A stretch of 64,000 nt of DNA, from assembly GCA_963737265.1 (NCBI GenBank), contig CAVTRY010000020.1, positions 33,559 to 97,558 on the forward strand, in the 5' to 3' direction. The notes below the pieces were generated by a model. It saw only the letters and a program-made list of their open reading frames with translations. It was not told the origin of the DNA and did not search any database. The stretch is from an uncultured delta proteobacterium (GTDB taxonomy: Bacteria; Myxococcota_A; Polyangia; Fen-1088). How positions within the stretch are numbered: position 1 is the first letter of the stretch; every line of letters begins with the position of its first letter. The position numbers and the translations under genes were made by a program. Positions 41,444-51,639 of this stretch are shown in pieces.

Positions 41444-41686
41444 TTAGGCCCCCTGCGTCTGCTCGAACACGCGGCGGTAGCCGCAAGCGGCGTGCTCTTC
41501 GCGATCTAGCGCCGCGAGATATTCAGCGAAGGCGACGTCGCGGCCGGGACGGGGCGCCGAGCGCCAGTTCCGGTACGACTCGGCTACCGCGCGGCTCTCG
41601 TCGCGCCAGTGCAGGTAGCTGTCCATCAGCGCGTCGAGAAGCTCGAGGCGAACAGCGTTAGTTCGAGGTGCTCTCTTCAGGTTCAT
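41444..41686 (-). CDS. Small helical hypothetical protein (paralog of 57167-57508)
   Basis: RBS AGGAG and MDSYLHWRDESRAVAESY..W...AFAEYLAALDREEHAA. Confidence 0.75.
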   Translation of the reverse strand: MNLKRAPRTNAVRLELLDALMDSYLHWRDESRAVAESYRNWRSAPRPGRDVAFAEYLAALDREEHAACGYRRVFEQTQGA

Positions 41687-41727
41687 TCCGATCAACTCCT
41701 GGGTCGCCGAAGCCGGATGCTGGCACC

Positions 41728-41744
41728 TACGATGCTGCGTCGTA
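41728..41744. promoter_or_regulatory. BlaI-like operator TACGAT-N5-GTCGTA
   Basis: Recurring palindrome upstream of the gene starting at 41686. Confidence 0.68.
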
Positions 41745-41848
41745 GGTACCTCATCCGTGTAGACGCCGTCCGACGCCAAACCTTCCTGAAGATGTCGCCG
41801 TCAGAATCCAGCGGTTTGCCGGGGTCGCCGAGTCCGTCGGGACCGCTG

Positions 41849-42625
41849 CTAAAGGCCTGCTGGAAAGGCGATCGACAGCGGGGCGACAACCGGCCTGCCC
41901 ACGTCAAGCTGGATCTGCGCGTGCGCCGTCAGCGGGATCTGTCGCGGGTTACCTTCGAACAGGCGACCGTTGTAGATTGCGGTTACGTGGCCCGAGGCTG
42001 GCCCAACTCTGTCGGGTCCGAGCTCCTGTCCCCACACGTCGAAGAAGTTCCCGAGCGTGAAGGTGCGAACCACGGGCGACTCGATGTGGACGATCCCGTC
42101 CGCCGCGTGAGTGTGCAGCCAATAGAAGCAGCTGCCGCCACCGACGAAGATTCCCTCCGGAGTGCTCATCGTCTGCGGGCCTTCGATTCCCACCCCGTAA
42201 GGGATGCTGCGGGCGACGCCGTGGTCGAAAACCGTCAGGTGGACGTGGATGTGGAAGGCGAGCTGCTCGTTGCCGAGGCATTGGATGCCGTCGACCGGCC
42301 CGCGTCCGGCGCGTGCCACGGCGAGGACCCGAGCATCAGGAAGGGGGACGCCCTCGGGCCCGAGCGCACCGGCCGGCGGGGGAGATCTGAGCGGGCCGAG
42401 CGACGAGAGCGAGGTCAGCCGGAGCGCCGGCGCGGGTGCGTTCCCCTGTCCGGTCGGCCCGTGATGGTTTGCCAGCACGGCCCCTGCCGCGATTGCGACG
42501 ACGAATGCGGCGAGCACCCCGCCGCGCGCACGCGATCGTCTCCGCTCGGCCTTGGCTTTCAGCTCCGCTTCGCGGGCGAGGCGAGCAGCGCGCGCTCGGG
42601 TCTTTGCTGACTTACCGCTGCTCAA
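41849..42625 (-). CDS. Membrane-anchored protein with His-rich putative metal-binding domain
   Basis: One TM helix, FHIHVHL and CFYWLHTHAADGIVHIES. Confidence 0.8.
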   Translation of the reverse strand: MSSGKSAKTRARAARLAREAELKAKAERRRSRARGGVLAAFVVAIAAGAVLANHHGPTGQGNAPAPALRLTSLSSLGPLRSPPPAGALGPEGVPLPDARVLAVARAGRGPVDGIQCLGNEQLAFHIHVHLTVFDHGVARSIPYGVGIEGPQTMSTPEGIFVGGGSCFYWLHTHAADGIVHIESPVVRTFTLGNFFDVWGQELGPDRVGPASGHVTAIYNGRLFEGNPRQIPLTAHAQIQLDVGRPVVAPLSIAFPAGL

Positions 42626-42638
42626 TACGCGGAAAATC

Positions 42639-42670
42639 TACTACCGAGCATAGTGCGATGCAGTATAGTA
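42639..42670. promoter_or_regulatory. Two tandem BlaI-like operators
   Basis: TACTAC-CGAGC-ATAGTG and TGCGAT-GCAGT-ATAGTA. Confidence 0.6.
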
Positions 42671-42702
42671 ACTCGCGCGTCATCCGACAGAAACGGAATC
42701 TC

Positions 42703-42880
42703 AATGCAACGCATCGCCGTGCCTGCCGTCGCCATCATCGCCTCTCTCTCCCTTGTCGCCCGGTGGCGGCCGATGACGGCAATCACCGCCCCCGATCAGG
42801 GCAATCCCAACCTGACCGCCGACCGAAACTGGGTACCACTGGCCAACACCGCCAATGACCCGAGCGATCCTGGGGTCACG
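42703..42880 (+). pseudogene. Vanadium haloperoxidase/PAP2-like fragment
   Basis: WRPMTAI...GNPNLTAD..WVPL.NT.NDPS.PG resembles this family. Confidence 0.5.
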
Positions 42881-43167
42881 CCACGTTCAGCCAGGTGGCC
42901 GCCACACGATCTGAGTGATGGCGAGCGTGCGGGTCGGATGAATCGAGGCGGGTCGGTGATTTCGTCGTCGACAACGCGGTCTCGCCTCATCGCTGAGCCA
43001 AGCTCGAGGGCTGCCGCTGCAGAAGCCCTCGATTAATTAAACGCCGCCCTCTCCCCCCGATGGCCGACGTCGTCGCGGCCCCGCCCTGCTCCCGGGCGGG
43101 GCCGCTCTCTTTGTCTGTGTGGCATAGCGATCGAGACGCTCGGGTCGGCTACGATCCGCCGTAGCCG

Positions 43168-44194
43168 ATGGCTGGCACGATCGACACCGAGTCGGCTGCG
43201 ACTGCGGTCCCGCCGGAGGGAATCAGCTCCTCGTCCGCCTCCCGGTCTCCTCGCCCGGCGGCGGCTGCCGCAGAGCGGGTCTGGGCCGCGGGCATGGTGC
43301 TCTGGGCGTCCGGGCTCGCGCTCTCGGTATTCGTGATCGGGCGGCTGTTCTTGACCTGGCGAGTGACGCCTCACGCGGCGACTCACCAGATCTCCTTGCT
43401 GGGCCAACGGCTGAGTTATCCGGTGGCGAACCTCGACGCTTTGATCGTCCTTGCGCTCGCGCTGGCGGGCTTGGCCGTCGGCGCGATGACGGCGTGGGGA
43501 GCAATCCGCGAGCTTGCCGCGACGAGAGCCTTCGAGCGGCACCTCGCCGCGCAGGAGCCCAGACCGTGGAAGGGCGCGTTGATCATCGAAGACGAGCGTC
43601 CGCAGGCGTTCTGCGCCGGCCTGTTCAACCCGCGGGTCTATGTGTCGTCCGGCGCGGTGGCTTCGCTCGACGAGACGGCCCTGGACGTCGTCCTCGCGCA
43701 CGAGTCTCATCACGCACGACGCCGGGATCCGCTGCCTTGCGGTCGGTCGCGTCCTCGCACGGGCGTTGTTCTTCGTGCCGGGTCTCGCCGAGTTGGTCCG
43801 CCGCCAGCAAAACCTTGCAGAGCTCGGCGCGGACGAAAGCGCGATGAACGTCTGCCCTGACAGCCCCTCGGCGCTGGCACGCGCGATGCTTACCTTCTCG
43901 GAGTCCTCGCCCACGGGCGGCTCGGTCGGGATCGATCCTGGGAGGGTCGATCACCTCCTCGGAGAGCCGCCGGACTGGCGCTTTCCCACTCTGCTGTGCC
44001 TTGCGGCGGCGGTCGTGATCGGCCTGCTCGGAACCATCGCGGTGCTGGCGGGCCAGCTGGCGGCGGGCTCTGCCACGCTCGCCCCGCCGTTTCTCTCCCA
44101 CCAGCCCTGCGTCGTGATCCTGGCGCTGATCCCCGCCATTGTGGTCCTGGGCTGCGCCGGCTCGGCGCGCTGGCTGCGCCGCAACATCGTCTAG
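43168..44194 (+). CDS. BlaR1/M56-family membrane metallopeptidase (frameshift near 43735)
   Basis: TM helices, PQAFCAGL..PRVYVS, HESHH zinc motif, then ELGADE..A in the next frame. Confidence 0.85.
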
Positions 44195-44226
44195 CACGGG
44201 TTCCAGGAGGCTTCAGCCGCGGCCTC

Positions 44227-44319
44227 TACGAGGCTGCGTAGTTTTTTGTCGCGGTACTGGGAAGTTTTCTCGCGCACGGGTGTCTTTAGAGGAGAAGCCG
44301 CTTACGACGCGGCGTCGTA
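44227..44319. promoter_or_regulatory. Two BlaI-like operators upstream of the ferritin-like/Tat operon
   Basis: TACGAG-GCTGC-GTAGTT (44227) and the perfect palindrome TACGAC-GCGGC-GTCGTA (44303). Confidence 0.7.
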
Positions 44320-44359
44320 GAGCGTTTCGAAGGCACCCGAAAGACCTCGAGAAGATTTC

Positions 44360-44869
44360 ATGAAACCAGGCCGTGGACCGGTACATCGGATACCTGTGCT
44401 AAGCGTCACGAGGGCCATCGGGGCGATTGCGCTGCTCGTCGTCGGCGGCGTGCACCTTGAGCAGTACACGGTCGCGCATTTCTCGGTGATACCTACGATC
44501 GGACCGCTGTTCCTGGTGAATTTCATCGCGGCGACGTCACTCGGTCTCGTTCTGCTGATCCCGATCCGACGTTCCGCTCGCCACGGACGGCTGCTGTTTG
44601 ACTCGCTGGCGGCACTGGCCGGCGTCGGGGTTGCGGCTGGCGCCTTGGCCGCGCTGCTGATCAGCGAGCACAGGCCGCTGTTCGGGTTCATGGAACACGG
44701 ACATCGCCTCGAGATCGTGATCGCGATTGCAGCCGAGGCCGTCGCGATCGTCTCGCTCGGTGTCTTTCTCGCCATCGCGAACCGGCGGGCGCACGAGCTG
44801 CGGGCCAGGCTCGTCACCCGCGACGAGGCAGGCGATGCCGCGTCCTCTCCTACCGCGTCGGAGGCCTAG
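44360..44869 (+). CDS. Four-TM hypothetical membrane protein
   Basis: GGVHL, IPTIGPLFLVN and LFGFME with four hydrophobic segments. Confidence 0.75.
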   Translation: MKPGRGPVHRIPVLSVTRAIGAIALLVVGGVHLEQYTVAHFSVIPTIGPLFLVNFIAATSLGLVLLIPIRRSARHGRLLFDSLAALAGVGVAAGALAALLISEHRPLFGFMEHGHRLEIVIAIAAEAVAIVSLGVFLAIANRRAHELRARLVTRDEAGDAASSPTASEA

Positions 44870-44871
44870 CG

Positions 44872-45234
44872 GTGCCGCGACTGTTCATGCTCACCGTGCC
44901 GGGGCTGAGAGTTGCTTCGGACTGGGCAGCAGTCCACGACCGCCTGCTCGACGACTTCCCCGAGATCACGGACGTCCTGGCGACCACGATGACCGCCACG
45001 CTGCTGATCGTCTACGAAGGCGACGCGAACGTCGACGCCTGGTTCGAGGGCATCAGCGACGGAATCCTCAGTCGGCGCATCAGCGCCGGAAACGCGCCTC
45101 GCGTGAAGACATCAAGCCGCGCGCGCGGCCACCAGCGGGCCGCGGGTGTCAGGCGGGGACACGACCGTGGACCCTGCCCCCGCGGTCCATACCAGTTGAA
45201 CCACTCAACCCAACAAACGAAAGGCACAACATGA
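44872..45234 (+). CDS. Small hypothetical protein (ferredoxin/HMA-like pattern, no CxxC)
   Basis: Packed between its neighbours and weakly similar to 54327-54626. Confidence 0.55.
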   Translation: MPRLFMLTVPGLRVASDWAAVHDRLLDDFPEITDVLATTMTATLLIVYEGDANVDAWFEGISDGILSRRISAGNAPRVKTSSRARGHQRAAGVRRGHDRGPCPRGPYQLNHSTQQTKGTT

Positions 45235-46394
45235 GCACATCAGATGTAACGTCCGCCTATCCAATCGAGTCGTCTGGCGAGGACGGCCTGGAAGCCCGCT
45301 GGCGCGGAGTGGTGGGTCGTCGTTCGTTTCTGAAGGGCGTGGGGCTGGCGGGCGCCGCGGCGGTCCCGGGGGCGGCGTTGTTCGCGAGCGAGGCGAGCGC
45401 CGCAAGCCGTGAGATCACCGCGGGCGATGTCGCAATCTTGCGGCTGCTGGCTGCGATCGAGTTGATCGAGACCGACCTGTGGCAGCAGTACAACGAGCTG
45501 GGTGGGGTTGACGGAGGCAACCCGGCCTACATGGCAGCGCTCTCGAATCTCGACTCAGACATGCCGCAGTACATCGCCGACAACACCGACGACGAGGAGA
45601 GCCATGCCGCTTTCCTGAACGCGTATCTCCGCTCCAAGGGCGCGCGGCCGGTGAATCTGGACGAGTTCCGGACGCTTCCCAGCAGCCAGGCCACCGGCGC
45701 GAAGCAGAAGGGGCGGCTGACGAATCTGCAGACGCTCGACGTCGACACGAGCTGGTATGTGCGCTACCGGAGCACCGAGAACCCCGATCTGGGGGCGACC
45801 TTCCCCCAGGCGGTGGACATCAAGCACGAGCCGGCGATCCCGCTCAACGACACCGACACTCCGCCAAGTCTGCCGGCGCCGGTCCCGCCGGTGGGCGCGC
45901 AGGAGACGCGGATGCAGGCGATCGCCAACACGGCGGGGTTTCACTTCGCTTACATCGAGCAGGGCGGCTCGAGTCTGTACAGCATCATGGCGCTCAAGGC
46001 CACCAGCCTTGAGGTGCTGCGGATTATCGTCTCGATCGGCGGTGTGGAGACCAACCACTTCTCGCTCTGGCACGACAAGGCCGGCAACGCCGTCGCGCAG
46101 CCACTGGCCGGGGTCACCGATCCCGAAACCGGCGTGACCTTCCCCGATCTGAACGCCAAGGGCGGCGAGCTGAACCAGACCAACCTGATCCTCCCCGAAC
46201 CGTGTGACTTCCTGCACAAGGATCTACCCCAATGCTCGATCGTACGACCCACCCTGGACGACAACGGGGGCGCCGTGGCCACGATCAAGAGCTTCACCGC
46301 CGACCGGCTGTTCGAGGGCCAGTCCCCGAAGTTCTTCAGGACCGTCCTCGAGCTGGCCAGAGAGGCCGACGCCGCCCAGCGCAGCCTCCGTTAA
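45231..46394 (+). CDS. Tat-exported ferritin-like domain protein
   Basis: GRRSFLK twin-arginine signal, ELIETDLW, DEESH, IEQGG and VETNH di-metal ligand pattern. Confidence 0.88.
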   Translation: MSTSDVTSAYPIESSGEDGLEARWRGVVGRRSFLKGVGLAGAAAVPGAALFASEASAASREITAGDVAILRLLAAIELIETDLWQQYNELGGVDGGNPAYMAALSNLDSDMPQYIADNTDDEESHAAFLNAYLRSKGARPVNLDEFRTLPSSQATGAKQKGRLTNLQTLDVDTSWYVRYRSTENPDLGATFPQAVDIKHEPAIPLNDTDTPPSLPAPVPPVGAQETRMQAIANTAGFHFAYIEQGGSSLYSIMALKATSLEVLRIIVSIGGVETNHFSLWHDKAGNAVAQPLAGVTDPETGVTFPDLNAKGGELNQTNLILPEPCDFLHKDLPQCSIVRPTLDDNGGAVATIKSFTADRLFEGQSPKFFRTVLELAREADAAQRSLR

Positions 46395-46510
46395 TCGCAG
46401 CGACAGAGCCGGCGGCCGCCGAGACTACACGGCCGCTAACCGACCACGCAGACCGGCCGCGGCTCATCTCGAGAGCCGCGGCCGATCCGCCCAAGCAAAA
46501 GGACACCACC

Positions 46511-46723
46511 ATGTTCACCGGAATCCTGCAACCCACGCATCTGATCATCCTCCTGGTTGTCGCCCTCCTGTTCCTCGGGCCCAAACGCCTCCCCGAGGCC
46601 GGACGCGCCCTCGGCCAGGGACTCAAAGAATTCAGAAGCTCGATCGCCGGGAGCCACCCCGACGACCCGCAGATCGCAGCGGGGCCCGACGTCACCCACG
46701 AAGACACCGCGCCGCACCAATGA
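46511..46723 (+). CDS. tatA: Twin-arginine translocase TatA
   Basis: RBS AAGGA and ALLFLGPKRLPEAGRALGQGLKEFR. Confidence 0.92.
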   Translation: MFTGILQPTHLIILLVVALLFLGPKRLPEAGRALGQGLKEFRSSIAGSHPDDPQIAAGPDVTHEDTAPHQ

Positions 46724-46752
46724 CGGGCGTCATTCGGTCGCGACCGAGCGCA

Positions 46753-48595
46753 TCTAGCTCCGCTAGGCCATTGAGAGGTTCACGGACGAGTCATCTTTTC
46801 AGGGGATGATGGCCGCCTGGTTGATGCGGGCTTGGAGTGCGTTCTCGAACGCTCGCCACGCTTGGGCGAGTGGGGTGCGCTGGGCGATGCCGGGTGGTAG
46901 CGCGGAGTCGAGTTCGGCGAGGGATGGGTTGACGATCCGCGTGTAGGTCTTGGTGAGAAAGACGGCCAGTCGGCGTCCCTCGCTGGTCAGCTCGTATCGC
47001 TGTGTGCGGGGGATCCGCTGGATGAACCGTTTGCGTCGCAGGCGGCGGAGGTCGTAGGTCATCTGGCGGGCGCTGTAGCCGGGGATCAGCCCGGCGATGA
47101 GCTCGCGCAGAGTGCGGTTCGTCAGGCCCGCGAATAGGTGCTCAAAGCAGCACAGGCAGGCGAGTAGCGCCATCGTACGCGGCTCGCCGAAGCGCAGGCC
47201 GGGGCGGGTAGGCCATCTTCGATGGATGGCAGCACCACGCGCTGCAGCGTCGTGGCGTCTGGCGCGCACTGGCACGCCTCAAGCTGATGGTCGAGGAACC
47301 GCTGGTTGACCTGGTGGCCGACCTGGACGAGCGCGTCCCAGTTGGCTTGGGTCAGGCGGCGGCCGATGCCGAAGTCGCGGGTGTCGTTGACGGTCGTTTC
47401 GGTGCGGAGTGCGCAGCGTTCTTTGAAGTACTGCTTGACCTTCGAGGCGCGGTAGTGAACCTGGATCGCCGGCTCGACGCCTTTGTTGAAGATCTTGGTG
47501 TGAAACCGCCCGGGGTCTGGCGGGAGACGCGCCGGCCGAACACGATCGCGACCTGGTCGGGACGCCCGAGGGTGAGCTGGTCGGGCAGGGTGCGCTCAAA
47601 CCACGCCCGGCCGGCCATCGGTCGGTCGAACATGCGGGTGTCGGAGATCTCGGCCTGGCGGAACGCCAGCTCGTGCGGGTAGCCTCGCTCCCGGTCCTCC
47701 GCGGTCAGCGGCGAGGGGAGCGCCGCCTGCCAACGGTCGAAGAACAGCTGCACGTCCTCCGCCTGAAGGCTCGAGCAGATGTCGGCCAGCGCCACCGGAT
47801 CCTCACACGCGGCGAACCCGTTATCCAGCGGTGTGAACGCGATCCCCCGCCGGGGGGCTTGGCGCTTGGCCCATTCGTTGCCGTTGAGGTATAGCCATAC
47901 CGAGAACGGCGCATACGCGGTCGTCTTCAGAAACGCGGGGCCCCAATCGGGATCGCGGATGTACCAGTAATAGTTGTTGGGGAAGATCGACTGGCGGGCG
48001 TACTCGAAGTGCGGATGGCCGTCGGGTCCCCCGTCACGCCACCCACGCCAGGCCGAGGTGCGCTCCTGGGCGATCCCGACCATCACCACTCCGAAGCGGC
48101 CCTCTGCCTCGGCCGCCTTGAAGTATTCCCGGGCGATGTCTTCCTTCACGTCGCCCTTCTGAAAGCGCACCACCGGGATCTCGTAATCGACGATGTACTG
48201 CTCGATCGCGGCCACATACCAGCGACCGATCCTGCCCAGCACCACCGGCGAGGGGATCGGAAACCCGCGATCGAGGAGAAACCGGATGACCTGAAACTTG
48301 GTCTGCAGCCGCGGCACATACCCCTGAAAGAACAACCGGTCCACCGACCGGACCTCGAGGGTGACATGATCGGCGAGTAGGCTTGAGATCGTGGCCACGG
48401 GCGTCTCCTAACGATCGCAAGGTCGTTTGCCCCACGAGGGCCTCACATCTAGACCGGAGGCTAACCGTGGCCACCACCCCGCGAGCACCCCAGCGCTCCG
48501 AAGGAGCGCCCCGTTCGCGAGCGAGGCTCATACCCGAACCGCCACCACCTACCGGCCCTCCACTCGGCGGTATGAGGCTCGCTCGCTAACTCTAG
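46753..48595 (-). mobile_element. Unclassified insertion element without TIRs, bounded by TCTAG, inserted between tatA and tatC
   Basis: TCTAG at 46753-46757 and 48591-48595. Contains one reverse-strand gene and a hairpin-rich 190-bp end. Confidence 0.72.
46799..48398 (-). CDS. Putative transposase with C-terminal winged-helix domain (two frameshifts, ~47510 and ~47215)
   Basis: Reconstructed ~530 aa: DRLFFQGYVP, YYWYIRDPDWGP, LNGNEW, KVKQYFKE..LRTETTVNDTRDF and MTYDLRRLR. Confidence 0.75.
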
Positions 48596-48612
48596 AGTCG
48601 GCAGCGAGCGTC

Positions 48613-49552
48613 ATGGCGTTACCGCTCCGACCGGTCAGCCACGAAGCTCGTCTGCCGCTCCTTGAGCACGTGAGCGAGCTCCGGACGCGGTTGGTCATCA
48701 CCCTCGCTGCGGTGGTGGTCGCGTTCGGGTTTGCGTTCTGGCAGAACCATGCGCTCCTGAACGTCCTGAACCGCCCGCTAGTGCGTGCGAGTGCGGGGGC
48801 GCTCAAGCACTCGCACGGTCCGCTCGCCCAAACCGCCCGCGTGCAGCAGACCCTCGGCGTCGCATTGGACCGCCAACGCGTCGCGTTCGAGCTCCTCGCG
48901 CGGTCCTCGGCTCCCCTCGCCGCCGCGCAGCGCCAAGCGTTGAACTCAGCCGCCCGGGGCGACGCCGCGGTCGTAGCCGTCACCCCTACCGAGCCCCAGG
49001 GCCGCCAGCCGGTGACCCTCGGCCTGGGCGAGCCGTTCATCCAGACGCTCACCGTCGCCGGCTACTTCGCGCTGCTGTTCGCGCTGCCGGTCGTCCTTTG
49101 GCAGCTCTATGCCTTCATCACCCCCGCCTTTAGCCCCGGCGAGCGCCGCGTCGCGCTGCCACTGATGGCAATGGCGCCCCTCCTGTTCATCGCCGGAATA
49201 GCATTTGGCTATTTCGTCGTGTTGCCCGGTGCGGTCGGGTTTCTGCAGAACTTCAACGCGAGCTCCTTCGATGCGCTCGTGCAGGCCAGTACCTACTACC
49301 GATTCATCCTGCTGACGCTGCTGGCAGCCGTTCTTCCAGATTCCGGTTGCCGTCATTGGACTCACCCGCACAGGGATCGTGAGTACGCGTCAGCTGCGCA
49401 AGCACCGCCGCCAGCCCATCGTTGCCCTCGTCGCGCTGGCGCTGTTGCTACCCGGCACCGACGTCGTGACCACGTTCCTCGAGCTCGTCCCCATGCTGGT
49501 TCTCTACGAGCTCAGCGTGTTCGTCGCCGGCCTGTTCGAGCGCCGCTCATGA
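48613..49552 (+). CDS. tatC: Twin-arginine translocase TatC (frameshift near 49330)
   Basis: LLEHVSELRTRL, EPF, WQLYAFITPAF...ERR, then FQIPV...LYELS in the shifted frame. Confidence 0.88.
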
Positions 49553-50251
49553 GCCAACGCACGCGGACCAACGATTCCCCCGGCATCCTCGTGAACTCCG
49601 TGTGACGTCGCGCGGCCATTAGCACGAGAGATCAACTCGATGGTGCACGCAAAAAGTCATCGCGACCAGCGCCGTCAATCAACTCAGTGCGCCCTTCCGC
49701 CGGCCTTGAGACCCAAGAGGGTGGCGCGACGAGGACAAGGAACACGAAGGCATGCGATTGCCCACTCTTGAGCGCCAGCTGATGGGTGTGGTCGGCGCCG
49801 GCGCTCGCATGCCGATTCACCACGAGGCCCAGCCCCCGGGGAAGCATCCACGCCACGGCACCTATCCCGTAGCCGGGCCCCGGCACGCCCACCAGGAATC
49901 CAAACGGGGCGGCAAGGTTACCGGCGCGAGGTAACCCAGCAGCCCGTCGACCGGGCCATGGAAGAGGATCGCTCGTATCAGGGCGAAGCCGAGCCATTGA
50001 ACGCTCGTGATTGCCGCTGCGTTTCCGCTGGCGCGTCGCGAACGTCGATCAGCTTAGTGAGGATCATCCCAACGCCGATGCCGGCACTAGCGGTGCAGAA
50101 ATGTAAAACCGGTCATCCTTCTGCGGCAGGGGCTAGACCCTATGGAGGATGATTCGTGTCGGCGTTGAAGGCCGGACCTCGGTCGCATTTTGCGGGGGTT
50201 TGACTGGCCGGAGAGTGGCTCCGGCTGACCCCATACGAAGGAGGTCCGGCC

Positions 50252-51334
50252 GTGACTGGAACGATGACATGGGCCGCGATGGATGTCCACGCGCGCTCTA
50301 CCTACGCGGCGTCGTTGGACGTGGTGACCGGCGAGCTGTCGCGTCAGCGGTTCGACACGGGCGCGGTCGAGCCGGTGGTCGGCTGGCTGGCTGGGTTGCC
50401 GGGGCCGGTGCGCTGCTGCTACGAGGCGGGCCCGACCGGGTTTGGGCTCTACCGGGCGGCGGTCGCGGCCGGGATCGATTGTCAGGTGATCGCGCCGTCG
50501 AAGACGCCGCGCCCGTCCGGGGATCGCAACAAGTCCGACCGTCGCGACACCGATCTGTTGTTGCGTCAGCTGATGGCCGGCGGGTTGACGGCGGTCGTGG
50601 TTCCGTCGGCGACGTGCGAGGCCGCTCGGGATCTGGCGCGGGCGCGCGAGCAGGTCAGAGTCGATCTGATGCGCTGCCGGCACCGGCTCTCGAAGCTGCT
50701 GCTGCGCCACGGCCGCGTGTGGGACCGCAGCGCGTGGACGAAGGCGCACCGCGAGTGGCTCTCAGCACAGACCTTCGAGCAGGCCGGCACCGAGCTGGCG
50801 TTCATCGACAACCTCGCCGCGTGCGACGGGCTGACCGCCCGCAAGGACGCGCTCGACGAGCGGCTCTCATCGGTCGTGTCCGACCCAGAGTTCTGGCCGC
50901 TGGTCCGCCGCTTGCGCGCATTCCGCGGGATCGACACGCTCTCGGCGCTGATCATCGTGCTCGAGGTCTCAGACTTCACCCGCTTCCCGCGCGCGGTGCA
51001 GCTCGGATCGTGGCTGGGGCTGGTGCCCTCCCGCGAGCAGTCCGGCGAGTCCGATCACCATGGGTCGATCACCAAGACCGGCTCAAAGTACGCCCGGCGG
51101 ATCCTCGTCGAGGCGGCCTGGCATTACGCCCGCCCGCCGAGGATCGGGCGGACGCTCTACGAGCGCCAGGAGGGGCTGCCCGACCATGTCCTGCAAATCG
51201 CACGACGCGCCCAGAGCCGCCTCTACCGGATCCACCGACGGATGCGGGAGCGCAACAAGCCGGGCAACGTGATCACCGTCGCGTGCGCGCGCGAGCTCGC
51301 CTGCTTCCTCTGGGCGGCCGCCACCGCGCCGTAG
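50252..51334 (+). CDS. IS110-family DEDD recombinase/transposase
   Basis: MDVHARS, YEAGPTG, KSDRRD and GLVPSREQSG..ITKTG. Confidence 0.95.
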   Translation: MTGTMTWAAMDVHARSTYAASLDVVTGELSRQRFDTGAVEPVVGWLAGLPGPVRCCYEAGPTGFGLYRAAVAAGIDCQVIAPSKTPRPSGDRNKSDRRDTDLLLRQLMAGGLTAVVVPSATCEAARDLARAREQVRVDLMRCRHRLSKLLLRHGRVWDRSAWTKAHREWLSAQTFEQAGTELAFIDNLAACDGLTARKDALDERLSSVVSDPEFWPLVRRLRAFRGIDTLSALIIVLEVSDFTRFPRAVQLGSWLGLVPSREQSGESDHHGSITKTGSKYARRILVEAAWHYARPPRIGRTLYERQEGLPDHVLQIARRAQSRLYRIHRRMRERNKPGNVITVACARELACFLWAAATAP

Positions 51335-51349
51335 CACACACTGACAGCC

Positions 51350-51555
51350 CGTCCCCGCTCGGGTGGGGAGGCGCCGGGCCCCGAAGTCCGCTGGTACGCG
51401 CGATGGTGCTATGGGCAGCCCTCACCAGGCCACGCCCGATCCTAGACACGCGTCAGCCAGCGACGCAACCAGGGACCTGGGGTAGCCAACCCCCGCATAT
51501 GAGACTGACCGACGTCGAGAACTTCGCCCGACGCCTCCCCACCCGAGCAACACCT
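51350..51555 (+). ncRNA. Putative bridge/seek RNA of the IS110 element
   Basis: Perfect 17-bp closing stem (51357-51373 with 51532-51548). Internal CATATGAG is identical to the element's right end. Confidence 0.65.
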
Positions 51556-51639
51556 CCCACCAACCCCCCAAACGACACCACCGAGGGGACATTCAACGCT
51601 GCTCACTTGACAGACGCTCCTCCATATGAGCACCCCCGC

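Larger units (their letters stand above)
50132..51631 (+). mobile_element. IS110-family (IS1111-type) element
   Basis: Sub-terminal IRs TATGGAGGA (50141-50149) and TCCTCCATA (51618-51626), TTGACA at 51607, and a long 3' non-coding end. Confidence 0.85.
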
